64,000 nt of DNA from an uncultured bacterium (GCA_964350245.1 CAYGJC010000003.1:24556-88555); one strand, 5' to 3'; shown: positions 29,881 through 39,324, counted from the stretch's first letter. Program-made: numbers and translations. Notes: generated by a model from the letters alone, not told the origin.

Positions 29881-32800
29881 GAAGCTCCGCGATCTCTTCT
29901 TTTTTATTCTTGAAATCGGGATCGCGCATTAGGAGGAGAATCATGGCTTTGGTTTTTGCTTTAAGCTCCGCTGTATGAGGGTGACCTTCCAATGCTTCGA
30001 TCATTAACTCGATCAGTTTCCGTTTTGCGGCAAAACAATCGTCCACAGGCAAAGCAAGACGTCTGCCTTGTTTACGTACAACCACAGTTTCCATGAAGTA
30101 GTCTACCTGCCCATTAAAATCACGAAAGCTTAAGTAAGATAAGCCCACTATAGCATAGGGAAAAGCGCTAAAGAGTTCTTTACCTCCCTTTTTTCGATAC
30201 ACAGTAGAAATCGCTGAAATAGAGGCTTGAGTATTTTCCATACACAGATGAGCAGATTCCGTTTCTCTGCAAAAAAACCAATTACGCAGGATCACTTCCC
30301 AGGACTGCAGCTGAAACAGCTCGCCTATCTCTTTCTGATAAACCCCATACCGGGCCTTGAACAAAACCGTAAGAGCAAAAGAATCGTCTGCAGCCTGCAT
30401 TCGAATTAAACCCATTAATACGGGATACATGAGTTTCCAGCTCTCAGCTCCCGGTTTCAGCTCGCCGCTTGTGAGCGCATAGCGTAAAAGTTGACCTGCT
30501 CGTTGATAGCGTTCTTTTGAAGGATTAGCCAGGAGAACAGAGACAATTTCTGGAATGGCGGCATTTTCAAATGGTGTGGTGTTTAAAATTCTTAGAATGC
30601 GATCAATCTCTTCTAAAAAAAGAGGCCCTCGCTTCGCCAACCTGTTTAGAAGTAGCCCCATCTGCTGCCAATAGAAGCGTGTTTGCTCTTGTCCAAAAAT
30701 ACGGTCCAAATGCGCGCGCGCTTCTGAGTGGCGATTTGAAGCGAGCAGCACATAAACCCAGTGACCCTCAAAAGCAGCCTCTATTTTATCGCACACCCCC
30801 GGATACGGGCTCGGCTGATTGCGTAAATCCCGAAGCGCCTCCCGGGAGAGCAAATAAATCTCTCTTATTTGCTCTATTAATGCGGCTCCACCCTCTCCTC
30901 TGTCCACTGATTGCGCAGCGCCTTCGATCATACACGAATGCCCCATCAAGACGAGGTCGGGTTGAGGGATCTTGGAGCAATACCTTTTGTGCCTTTCTAA
31001 GTGATCTAAAAAGTAGCCAAATTGGGGACTTGTTTGATCGATCAAGTCCTTTAAAGCCGAAATATACAGAGCGAAAAAAACCTCGCTTCCCTCACGAAAA
31101 ATTCCATTGTTTTCCAGAAGTTCATAAAGCTTAACGCAAGGCTCTTCCGCCTCACTCAAAAATTTTGCTACCCATTGTTCCCAGATTTTTGTTCTTATGT
31201 GACGCAAATCATGTATGCGCGCTAAGGTAAAGGCTTTTAATGGCTCTTTTTGACACCCCTCATCAATCAGCTGTATAAAAAGAGTCTCTAAAAAGCTTTG
31301 ATACCTGTCGCGCTTTTCAAGAGCATTAAAGAAAGAGGTCTTTGTGATCCAACGCAGAAAAAATGGCTGTTTAATCAGGCGATGACAAAGGGCTAACAAA
31401 GGCTCCATCAGCTGATCGTAGCAGGGACAGGGATCTTTTTGAGCCAATTGATCGAGCAAGCGAAGTGTTTTGGGATTGTCACTACTATCACTCTCTAAAT
31501 ACATGCCTAAAAGGGCGTAATACCGCGCACGGTCAATTTGGTCCGGAAAAGCATGAACGCGCTCACAAAGAACCGGAAAACTCCGTTTGGGATGCGCTTC
31601 TGCTAGTCTTAATTTCACAGCGTACAGATCAGCGGTGGCCTTCAGCTTCTGTTTCTCTCCATAAACGGCCATCTCATGGATCAAAGAGTGATCGGGGCGG
31701 GATTTTGCACACTCCTCTTTAAGCAGGGCATACCAAATGTGATTGGCTGCCGGAGGAAGCGGAATCTTTTGCCTGTAGCAGGCGAGGCAGGCGCGCTTTA
31801 GCAAGGTCAGCTTTACGTACTCTATCAGTCTAACATGTTCAGGTTGTGTACTGGGTAGACTTGCGCAGAACACAATACAGCGAGACGCTTCTTCCGGAAA
31901 TGCATCAAACCGCGTATGCATCAGTAAGCGCATGGCGTAGAGAGGCTGCTGATGGGCCAGTTTTTCAATGAGCTTAAAAGTACGCGCAGAAAGAGGAAGT
32001 TCGATCCAGCAGTCAAAAGCCCTTGCTTCGGAACCTCTTCCGTGCTGAAAAAGAGCTTCTACCCATTTCTCTTGAAAGTGCGGATCATCCAGATCGGGGA
32101 TGATGCTCTCACCAATATAGAGCTCAAATTCTTTTTTGAGCGCTTCTTTTTGTTCTCCTTCGACAAGTCCCAAGCTGACAATCAGCTGACGTTCTGCATA
32201 GGCGCGTTTCTTTTCGCTCGACACATCAGGATCGCCCAAAACAGTCAATAATCCAATGTACTCGAGAAAAGGGGGATCGCTATCCAGCAACCGAAGTGCC
32301 CTACTTGTCCCACCCTCAAAACGGGCCGGCGAGGGAGGGCAAACAAGGAAAAAAAGGCGAGCAAGCTGTTGGTGAAATCGGGGATCCACTGCTTCTAGCT
32401 CTGCAATCGCCTCAGCTGCATTTGTATCGAGCTGAATAGTGTGTCTACCCATTGGCAGATGGAGCATGGGCTGGACTGTGGTCTCCAATTCAACGCCTGT
32501 GTTGCGTAACGAAGAGTAGAAAGCCGCGACTTTAAGAGTGGCCAAAATCGCTGTGAGGGGCACGTCTGAGTCTGTGATAAGGGCCTGCAAAGTGGTGGCT
32601 ATAGGCGGGGCATCTACTAGAACATTTGACGTATGAGTGCATAAAAACTTTTGAATATCAGCAGGTTCGCGTCTTTTGATTAAAAGCAGGGCACAATTGA
32701 TCAAGAAACAAAAATTGGTAAGTGAATCATTTGCATGATGCTTGACCGTCCAATCTTGGATATCTGCCCATAGAGCGTGCGGCTTCACTTTTTCGTAAAA

Positions 32801-33823
32801 AACAGACTCAAGTGAGGGCTGGATCAGACAGTTTCCCCTTGTGACCCTGGAGACGTGACGCATCCACACTTTATATTCAAGAGTGGAAAGCGATTCAGTG
32901 GCTGTAAAGCCCAGCGTTGCGTGCAAAAAAGATTCGAGAGGCTTTCCTCGATGTGATTCTGGAGCTGTTGAAAGAAGATTATTAGCGGAAAGAAGAAAAT
33001 GCAGGGGGATGAATAAATCATCTTCGGTCAGAACAAACTCCCTAGAAAGCTGATGACAAAGATTGAGATCAACCGGGCTCCCTTTTAAGGAGACCAGCAA
33101 CATTTTGATAAACCCTTTGTCGAGCAAGCAGAGTTCACTATAGGCTTGCTCATGGATCTTATCTTGCGCCTCTGCTGGAGACAGTTGTTGTGTAAAACCC
33201 AAAGAGAGTTGCCTTGAAATAAACGCGCGCATGTATTCAAGATCTTTCTTTTCTACAGCACGCACCACTTTTTGACTGGCTATCATAATGGGGCGTTTTT
33301 CGACCCGTATCCGAAGATCGATGTCTGATGGGGCTTTATTCCATCGGTTGAAAAGAGAGCTGTGATAGAATTCTCCGATTTCAAGCTCCTGAAAGACACG
33401 TCGTGCATAATCCGTTTTTGTAAACAAAAAGTAGAAGACGTACCCGCCAATTAAACGGGCAGTCGGAAAACAGAGGTCTGGGCGTTTCCGCCTCATTTCA
33501 ATCAGGAAATTGTTCAAAATCAGGGGAATTGAGGTCCTCGAATGAAACTTTCCATCGAGAGTGATGGTAAAAACGCGCCCCAGCTCTTCTTTGAGCAAGG
33601 CTAACTCGGCACCGGTGAGTGAGGGAAGAGGCCGACTGGAAAAAGCCTCCGTGATTCTTCCTTGAGCATCTAAAATTTCCTTTTCTACCAAAGCTTGAAA
33701 GAGCTTCCCTCTGCTACCTGTGATAGAGAAGGGAGAGGGGGTATTGGAGACTCCTGCTGCTCCGCCAGAGGGGTAACTCGTTACAGGGGACTGAGTAGTT
33801 GTTGTTACAGGTAAAACAGACAT
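29831..33823 (-). CDS. very large hypothetical protein (~1330 aa), candidate secreted effector
   Basis: Uninterrupted ORF. ATG 33823 gives MSVLPVTTTTQSPVTSYPSGGAAGVSNTPSPF, a disordered N-terminus. The rest looks mostly helical. A possible NTase-like ..RLIGGYVF...APSDIDLRIRV lies near residue 130-185. The 3' end overlaps glk convergently by 50 nt. Confidence 0.7.
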   Translation of the reverse strand: MSVLPVTTTTQSPVTSYPSGGAAGVSNTPSPFSITGSRGKLFQALVEKEILDAQGRITEAFSSRPLPSLTGAELALLKEELGRVFTITLDGKFHSRTSIPLILNNFLIEMRRKRPDLCFPTARLIGGYVFYFLFTKTDYARRVFQELEIGEFYHSSLFNRWNKAPSDIDLRIRVEKRPIMIASQKVVRAVEKKDLEYMRAFISRQLSLGFTQQLSPAEAQDKIHEQAYSELCLLDKGFIKMLLVSLKGSPVDLNLCHQLSREFVLTEDDLFIPLHFLLSANNLLSTAPESHRGKPLESFLHATLGFTATESLSTLEYKVWMRHVSRVTRGNCLIQPSLESVFYEKVKPHALWADIQDWTVKHHANDSLTNFCFLINCALLLIKRREPADIQKFLCTHTSNVLVDAPPIATTLQALITDSDVPLTAILATLKVAAFYSSLRNTGVELETTVQPMLHLPMGRHTIQLDTNAAEAIAELEAVDPRFHQQLARLFFLVCPPSPARFEGGTSRALRLLDSDPPFLEYIGLLTVLGDPDVSSEKKRAYAERQLIVSLGLVEGEQKEALKKEFELYIGESIIPDLDDPHFQEKWVEALFQHGRGSEARAFDCWIELPLSARTFKLIEKLAHQQPLYAMRLLMHTRFDAFPEEASRCIVFCASLPSTQPEHVRLIEYVKLTLLKRACLACYRQKIPLPPAANHIWYALLKEECAKSRPDHSLIHEMAVYGEKQKLKATADLYAVKLRLAEAHPKRSFPVLCERVHAFPDQIDRARYYALLGMYLESDSSDNPKTLRLLDQLAQKDPCPCYDQLMEPLLALCHRLIKQPFFLRWITKTSFFNALEKRDRYQSFLETLFIQLIDEGCQKEPLKAFTLARIHDLRHIRTKIWEQWVAKFLSEAEEPCVKLYELLENNGIFREGSEVFFALYISALKDLIDQTSPQFGYFLDHLERHKRYCSKIPQPDLVLMGHSCMIEGAAQSVDRGEGGAALIEQIREIYLLSREALRDLRNQPSPYPGVCDKIEAAFEGHWVYVLLASNRHSEARAHLDRIFGQEQTRFYWQQMGLLLNRLAKRGPLFLEEIDRILRILNTTPFENAAIPEIVSVLLANPSKERYQRAGQLLRYALTSGELKPGAESWKLMYPVLMGLIRMQAADDSFALTVLFKARYGVYQKEIGELFQLQSWEVILRNWFFCRETESAHLCMENTQASISAISTVYRKKGGKELFSAFPYAIVGLSYLSFRDFNGQVDYFMETVVVRKQGRRLALPVDDCFAAKRKLIELMIEALEGHPHTAELKAKTKAMILLLMRDPDFKNKKEEIAELLRMLHASDSSAPPPSD

Positions 33824-33927
33824 AATAAACAAGAAATCATAAAGAAGACCTAATAAGCTATCAAGAAAAAAATAAATGAGTTTTTAAATTAATAATTTAA
33901 ATATAAAATTGAATTAGGAGATTGCCT

Positions 33928-34467
33928 ATGAATCCGAAAATGCAAAATCAAGAAAGCGTGCAGTTGAAATGGGGCATAGCCCTGTTGAACTCTTTTGTAC
34001 ACTTTGCTGCCAAAAGCGGAAGTATCTCTCCTTCTCAAATGCGTGCATTGGATGGGGAGCTCGCAGAACTTATTCAAGCTGAAGACTCCTCCGACTGGGT
34101 TACAACACAATTGAATCATTGCATTGAAAGGGTCAACCAGCAGCTTCAACAGAATACGGACACCTCAAAATTTGTTCCCTTTCCTCTTTTTTCATTTGCA
34201 GCCGGCGTGCATATGGAGTCTTCTGTATTAGACCAAATCAGCATGATCGAGAGAACGTTAAGTGAAGCAGCTGAAGGTGAGGTGATTAGCTGGGACAATG
34301 AGAGTCACTATTTTGAGACGCTACTCAAAGTTTCCTCAGAAATAGAGTACCACAAAATGCTTCCTCAAGAAGGTATGGCACGTTTGATTGGAGAGCTTGA
34401 AAAACTCAACAAAGAGCTCCCTTTAGACTCCCAAATCCCTTTACCCAATTTTAGGGGGTATGAATAA
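33928..34467 (+). CDS. small acidic hypothetical protein, paralog A of a tandem pair
   Basis: ATG 33928 follows AGGAG (33916-33920). It aligns by eye with the next ORF (LKWGIALLNSFVHFAAKSG vs MKWEMSIIGIYVAVSRKGG; ..EVISWDNESHYFETLL vs ..GQIPWKEQETLFNQTR; ..LNKELPLDSQIPLP vs ..ANQSLPLPFQLEAL). Confidence 0.6.
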   Translation: MNPKMQNQESVQLKWGIALLNSFVHFAAKSGSISPSQMRALDGELAELIQAEDSSDWVTTQLNHCIERVNQQLQQNTDTSKFVPFPLFSFAAGVHMESSVLDQISMIERTLSEAAEGEVISWDNESHYFETLLKVSSEIEYHKMLPQEGMARLIGELEKLNKELPLDSQIPLPNFRGYE

Positions 34468-34468
34468 A

Positions 34469-35020
34469 ATGGAATTAGGTGGCGTGCATTCTGGTCAGGG
34501 GCCTGAGTCAATCCATCCAAGAGAGACTCTTGCCGAGCGCAAGAAGCGATTCGAGATGAAGTGGGAAATGAGTATTATCGGCATTTACGTCGCTGTATCG
34601 CGCAAAGGAGGAGATGCGACCCATCCGCTGGATACACTGAAGAAAGATCTCGACTCAGACAAGCCTCCCGAGCAGCTGGTTCCGGCGATGAATCAAGTAA
34701 TAGACCTGATCAACAATGATCTCCCTCCAGGAGCGGCGCCCCTTCCTCCATTCGACCTTACTTCAGGAGGAAATGAAGCCAAAGCCATGGCTCAGTATGC
34801 CATTACTCTTGAGAAATTTCTCAATGTCGTAGCCGAGCAGGGGCAAATTCCGTGGAAGGAACAAGAGACTCTTTTTAATCAAACGCGCGCTCTGGTTGAC
34901 CATATTGGAGCCATACCGCTAGATGAAGCCGTGAATCGCTTGAACACAATCATTGAAGAGGCCAATCAGTCGCTGCCTTTACCTTTTCAACTTGAGGCTT
35001 TAGGACCTCTCGCTAATTAA
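34469..35020 (+). CDS. small acidic hypothetical protein, paralog B of a tandem pair
   Basis: See paralog A. ATG 34469 lies 2 nt after the upstream stop, with GGGGG about 10 nt upstream. ATG 34460 is an alternative start. Confidence 0.6.
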   Translation: MELGGVHSGQGPESIHPRETLAERKKRFEMKWEMSIIGIYVAVSRKGGDATHPLDTLKKDLDSDKPPEQLVPAMNQVIDLINNDLPPGAAPLPPFDLTSGGNEAKAMAQYAITLEKFLNVVAEQGQIPWKEQETLFNQTRALVDHIGAIPLDEAVNRLNTIIEEANQSLPLPFQLEALGPLAN

Positions 35021-35628
35021 GCTTTTTTCTTACCATTCGCACTATCATCTATTGGAGCTGTCCAGGATGCCCGGCGACGAGCGGCTGCTCTGGGATTGTG
35101 AGGATGAAGGCTAAGGGAGGCAGGTGGTGATGGAGGTGGAGAAACCCTTCTCATAGGAGCGGTTCTAGTCGTTGTAGTGGTGGTTGTAGTTGTCGTGCTG
35201 GTCGCGGGTGGAGCAGAAGAAAGTGAAAGCGGAACTGCAGGCTGTCTTGCACTCATCACTGGTGGAGGCGGCCGCGAGGAGGACGTGCTTCCGATGATTA
35301 GATCCGTTTCTCGATTGTCCTTATGCCTCTGCCAACCCCAAACTGCGGTAAAAATCCCCATGACAACAGTGGCAGTTCCCACTACAGCGGTAGCACCTAG
35401 ACTAATCTGATGTACAGTTGACGCAATCGATCCCCCCACACCTGTGGTCGCCAATACCGCCAGGCCAATTGTCACCAGCACTCCAAGCGCAACGGCAACA
35501 ATCAAAGGGATCGGCACAGCCCGCTCTCTATCGATAGGAGCTGTTGAAGCAGAAGCTACGGAAGCTGAAGTGGAAGGAGGAGGAGCAGCTGCTGAGCCAC
35601 CACCAGAAGATGCAGAAGCCATAATCAT
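35017..35628 (-). CDS. Inc-like membrane protein with Ser/Ala/Pro-rich N-terminus, bilobed hydrophobic domain and poly-Thr/Pro-rich tail
   Basis: VPIPLIVAVALGVLVTIGLAVLATTGVGG-SIASTVHQ-ISLGATAVVGTATVVMGIFTAVWGW, followed by ..SAPPATSTTTTTTTTTTRTAP..PPPSPPAS. Confidence 0.65.
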   Translation of the reverse strand: MIMASASSGGGSAAAPPPSTSASVASASTAPIDRERAVPIPLIVAVALGVLVTIGLAVLATTGVGGSIASTVHQISLGATAVVGTATVVMGIFTAVWGWQRHKDNRETDLIIGSTSSSRPPPPVMSARQPAVPLSLSSAPPATSTTTTTTTTTTRTAPMRRVSPPPSPPASLSLHPHNPRAAARRRASWTAPIDDSANGKKKA

Positions 35629-35680
35629 TCACCTTTTTTTATAAATAATTATAACACAGTTAATTATAAAAATCAGCTGA

Positions 35681-36718
35681 TTAATACTGTCTTAATAGAG
35701 CTCTGATGTTTTCTTTAAAAGGATGGTTCTCCACAGAAGAGAGAAACTGACCCAAAGTTTCGGATTCAAGGGCCGGAGAGAGAGCCTCTCCACGCTTGAT
35801 CAGCATGTAGAACAGGCAGGCACGCTCTCCATCTTCAATAGAGACATAAAAGCTGCAATCCTCTCTCTCTTGAGCCGTAATCCGAAAGCGCGCATTATTG
35901 GGTGAAATTGCGTTAGGAGGGTGAAGGTGGACTTTTTCCTCACAATGCGGATAAGCAGGCGCAATTCCCTTTGGTTCAAAGTAATGAATTTGAACCCATT
36001 TTCGGACATCATCTCCTGATGCATAATCTGGAAACACCCAAAAGTGCGTGACCAAATTCCGCCAGACAGAAGTACTTTCACAGTCGCGCGCCACCAGCAA
36101 AAAAAGATCAAGTTGCTCATGGTGAGCAAAGTGATGACGCATTGCTGAGGGAAAACCTGCCAGCTGGCTAGGGGGTAGACGGCAAGAAACGAGATGCTGA
36201 TCGGGAAGCAGAGTCTCATAGTGGTTATCATAGTCGCCCACCATGGGCAATTTGGGACACCCCATGCTTCTGCCTACATCTACGGATCGAAGGGGAAGGG
36301 TCTCCAATACAGCTGCCAACTGATCGGACGAACCCGGCTCACTTCCCGAGCTTGAACTGGAACTTCTTTCAGAATCCGAGAGGTTATCGGGATCCCACCA
36401 AAAAGCGTCATCAGAGGAAGAAGAAGGGGAGGCAGGCTTGGTAATGGGAACAGAATTTGGTTTCCCCATGCTCAACTGAGGTGCCTGAAGAGAGGAGGAC
36501 TTGGAGGAGTACCAAACCGCGACAAAACCGAGCTCACCGATTCCTAGTTCCACAGCAGCAATCGCCGTATAGGGAGAAAAAGCCTGAACAGCAGCTAGCC
36601 CTGCCAGCACTCCCACCACAATCGTGGTTAAGATGAGGGCGACCTGCATGTATTCCGGGAAAACTTCCCGGGACACTGAGGGCACAGAATAACTGGATGT
36701 TGAAGATACGCTGCTCAT
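35681..36718 (-). CDS. Inc-like membrane protein with a ~230-aa C-terminal globular domain of unknown family
   Basis: Ser-rich N-terminus, then YMQVALILTTIVVGVLAGLAAVQAF-SPYT-AIAAVELGIGELGFVAVWY, a Ser-rich linker, and a C-terminal domain. Confidence 0.65.
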   Translation of the reverse strand: MSSVSSTSSYSVPSVSREVFPEYMQVALILTTIVVGVLAGLAAVQAFSPYTAIAAVELGIGELGFVAVWYSSKSSSLQAPQLSMGKPNSVPITKPASPSSSSDDAFWWDPDNLSDSERSSSSSSGSEPGSSDQLAAVLETLPLRSVDVGRSMGCPKLPMVGDYDNHYETLLPDQHLVSCRLPPSQLAGFPSAMRHHFAHHEQLDLFLLVARDCESTSVWRNLVTHFWVFPDYASGDDVRKWVQIHYFEPKGIAPAYPHCEEKVHLHPPNAISPNNARFRITAQEREDCSFYVSIEDGERACLFYMLIKRGEALSPALESETLGQFLSSVENHPFKENIRALLRQY

Positions 36719-36779
36719 AATTAATTGACAGAATAGCGAAAAATATGATTAAAAACAATTATAAATAAAGAGTGGAGAA

Positions 36780-37556
36780 ATGATGCGTACATTGATCGTT
36801 GCTAATCAAAAGGGAGGCGTTGGGAAGAGTACCACCACAATAAACCTCTCGGCTGGACTCGCCCGATTAAATAAAAAAGTATTAGTGATTGATACCGATC
36901 CTCAGGGCCATTCCACAATAGGACTGAATGCCTCAACTGAGAATCGCAAGACCATTGCTGACCTTCTTACTGAAGAAGGGGTCGAAGCTAAGGATGTGAT
37001 TCAACCCACCTACGCGCCTAATATCGATATCATTCCCAGTAACCTCTCCCTGGCTGTAGCCGATTTAAAACTGTCGACCCTGGGTGCCAAGGAATTTAAA
37101 CTGCGCAACAAAATCAAAGAGATCGAAGATAAGTACGACTACATTTTGATCGATTCTCCTCCCACATTTGGAAACTTAACCATGAATGCCTTCACTACAG
37201 GAAGGGAAATCATTCTCCCGATTCAGCTCGGTTACTTGAGCTTGGAAGGAGTGAGCAACTTTGTCGATACGATCAACTTCGTCAACAGAGATGTGAATTC
37301 CATTATTAGCCATAAAGTTGAGATTGCCGGTGTGCTTGTTACTTTTTTCGACGTGCGCACAAAGTTGGCACGCGAAGTGTTTACTTCAGTCAATGAGATT
37401 TTCGGTGATAAGGTGTTTCAAACGAAGATCCCGCAAAACATTAAGATCAACGAAGCGCAATCTCATGGCAAAACGATTTTCGATTACGATCCACACTGTA
37501 AAGGATCACACGCCTACGAGAGCCTTGCCAAGGAGATTGCCCAAATGGAGAGGTAG
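36780..37556 (+). CDS. parA: ParA/Soj-family deviant Walker-A partition ATPase
   Basis: IVANQKGGVGKSTTTINLSAGLA, VLVIDTDPQGHST, ILIDSPP. No parB follows. Confidence 0.9.
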   Translation: MMRTLIVANQKGGVGKSTTTINLSAGLARLNKKVLVIDTDPQGHSTIGLNASTENRKTIADLLTEEGVEAKDVIQPTYAPNIDIIPSNLSLAVADLKLSTLGAKEFKLRNKIKEIEDKYDYILIDSPPTFGNLTMNAFTTGREIILPIQLGYLSLEGVSNFVDTINFVNRDVNSIISHKVEIAGVLVTFFDVRTKLAREVFTSVNEIFGDKVFQTKIPQNIKINEAQSHGKTIFDYDPHCKGSHAYESLAKEIAQMER

Positions 37557-37561
37557 TAGCA

Positions 37562-37807
37562 GTGTCTGGTATTAATAGAGTCAAAGAGAAGATGAAGCAA
37601 AAACTCTCTTTTGGAGGGTTAGCTACTGTAGAGCCTTACCAAAACAATCAAAAAAAAGGACGCAAAATCTACTCTTTGACAAAAGAAGATAACGTCATGC
37701 TCAAAAAGATCTTCTCTAAGCGTCTTAATTTAGAAAGTGAAACCTCTATCGCAACACTGATGTCCGAGGCAATCACACTTTTATATAGCAGAGAATTTCC
37801 GCAATAA
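37562..37807 (+). CDS. small basic protein downstream of parA; possible ribbon-helix-helix (ParG-like) centromere-binding adaptor
   Basis: 81 aa from GTG 37562 (GGAGAGG lies about 9 nt upstream), or ATG 37592. ..RKIYSLTKEDNVMLKKIFSKRL...SIATLMSEAITLL is compatible with strand-helix-helix. Function is inferred from position only. Confidence 0.45.
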   Translation: MSGINRVKEKMKQKLSFGGLATVEPYQNNQKKGRKIYSLTKEDNVMLKKIFSKRLNLESETSIATLMSEAITLLYSREFPQ

Positions 37808-37917
37808 TCGAACTGTCTGTCTCTTACAAATAAGCAACATACACAGAGTCGGTTATATCCACTCGTTATAAAATGCTGTTGTAAATTTCTGCAATTCTCT
37901 TTATAAGATTTTCACAA

Positions 37918-39324
37918 ATGACATCTATATCTTATATCAAACAGGCTACCTTTGCGGGACTATCGGCTGGAGTTTCCACAGCCAGCGCTGCTGTTACCGT
38001 ATTCAATGACCGCATTTTCTCCCCTCCATCGTTAGCTGGCCGCATCTCCGGAACCTTGGCACCCGCAATTTCAGGAGCGGCTCTCTATACCTGTCTCAAT
38101 GCGATTTTGCCCCCTTACCTAACGCATCGGATACGGCTCGAATCACTGCGCCTTGGTATTCCGGGCTACTTTTTACTTACAGAAATCTATCTCAATCTTC
38201 CACCTGAGCCGAAGGTAAGCCGTGAAGCTGTGATCGCCTCCATGCTGGCTCTTTATGGTTTTGAAATCGCTGCTTTGGCAGATAGCCTTTTTGAAAAAGT
38301 GCGCCCCGAAATTAGGGCGATCACAGAAGCTCTTCTTAGTGAAGATATGCAGGCCCCACGCACCTATACTCTCTTAACCGAAGGATACATAGGATTAGTA
38401 GGGCGGATTGCTTATCGGCTTCTTTTCGCCACAGGACTCCTTTTAGGTGCCATCTCTGTAGATGATCCGGAGTTCAAAGCCTGCCTGTTCAGCTTTTCTG
38501 CCTTCTACTACGCGCAGTCACTCACCCTTTTTCCCTTAAACAGTCTCATGAGATGGGGAGGGCATTTAGAGCGTCGGTTTGCCGACGATTTAGAGCGTGA
38601 TCCTACAACGCCTCTACCACGTAAACTCCGCCTACTGCGCACGGCGCAAAACCTGACTATGCTGGTCAGCCCCCTGCTCATTGCAGGCCTCTTTATTGAT
38701 TCGCAGTGGCCTACTGTGGGAGCTGCAGGTATCTGTGATACCGTGCGTGAAGAGGTCCAACGAGCCCGTTTTATTCAAACTACAGAGAGAAAAATGGAGG
38801 CTATCGAAAAACGTCTTTTTCGCTGTGCCCCTCTGCACGCACTGGATACTAGCTATAAAATTACTGCCTACCTAGCTATGCTGGGAGGACTTGCCTATTT
38901 TGCTTATCTACTGATTGCCTCTGATGATCCCGCCTATACCCTCATTGCGGTCACGTTTACCGCCTCTATACTTACAGGTTTTATGAAAAACTCTTTCCTG
39001 ATCGAACTGGCAAATAAGGTTAAAGGGAATCGGTTGGTCGACCATCTTTTGTATAATGGTGCTTACTCAACGCAGGATATCTTAGGTTTGCAGATGCTCT
39101 ACCTTTATTACTACTCGCTTTTTCGCTTTAAAATTGGAAGCGACCACCTGAATCAAAGAGAGCTTGCACTTCAAACGGTAACATGGGGAGCCTATGGATG
39201 GTCCGGAGGGGCTGCTGCTGCACGCATTCTCTACTCCTCTACTGAGTCCACCTCTATGTGGAATTGGTTACTTGGCAACCTCAGTTTAACCGCCTATCAA
39301 AGGGTGATGGGGATTGTGGCATGA
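37918..39324 (+). CDS. polytopic membrane protein (468 aa), no family recognised
   Basis: Multiple hydrophobic segments throughout. Its stop overlaps the next ATG (ATGA at 39321-39324). Confidence 0.65.
   Translation: MTSISYIKQATFAGLSAGVSTASAAVTVFNDRIFSPPSLAGRISGTLAPAISGAALYTCLNAILPPYLTHRIRLESLRLGIPGYFLLTEIYLNLPPEPKVSREAVIASMLALYGFEIAALADSLFEKVRPEIRAITEALLSEDMQAPRTYTLLTEGYIGLVGRIAYRLLFATGLLLGAISVDDPEFKACLFSFSAFYYAQSLTLFPLNSLMRWGGHLERRFADDLERDPTTPLPRKLRLLRTAQNLTMLVSPLLIAGLFIDSQWPTVGAAGICDTVREEVQRARFIQTTERKMEAIEKRLFRCAPLHALDTSYKITAYLAMLGGLAYFAYLLIASDDPAYTLIAVTFTASILTGFMKNSFLIELANKVKGNRLVDHLLYNGAYSTQDILGLQMLYLYYYSLFRFKIGSDHLNQRELALQTVTWGAYGWSGGAAAARILYSSTESTSMWNWLLGNLSLTAYQRVMGIVA

Noticed and set aside
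36780-37556. Considered calling the ParA gene the chromosomal soj of a parAB operon.
   Set aside because: The downstream gene is only 81 aa and has no ParB/Spo0J HTH or ParB-box motif, and the neighbourhood is accessory rather than origin-proximal (no dnaA, gidAB or rnpA).
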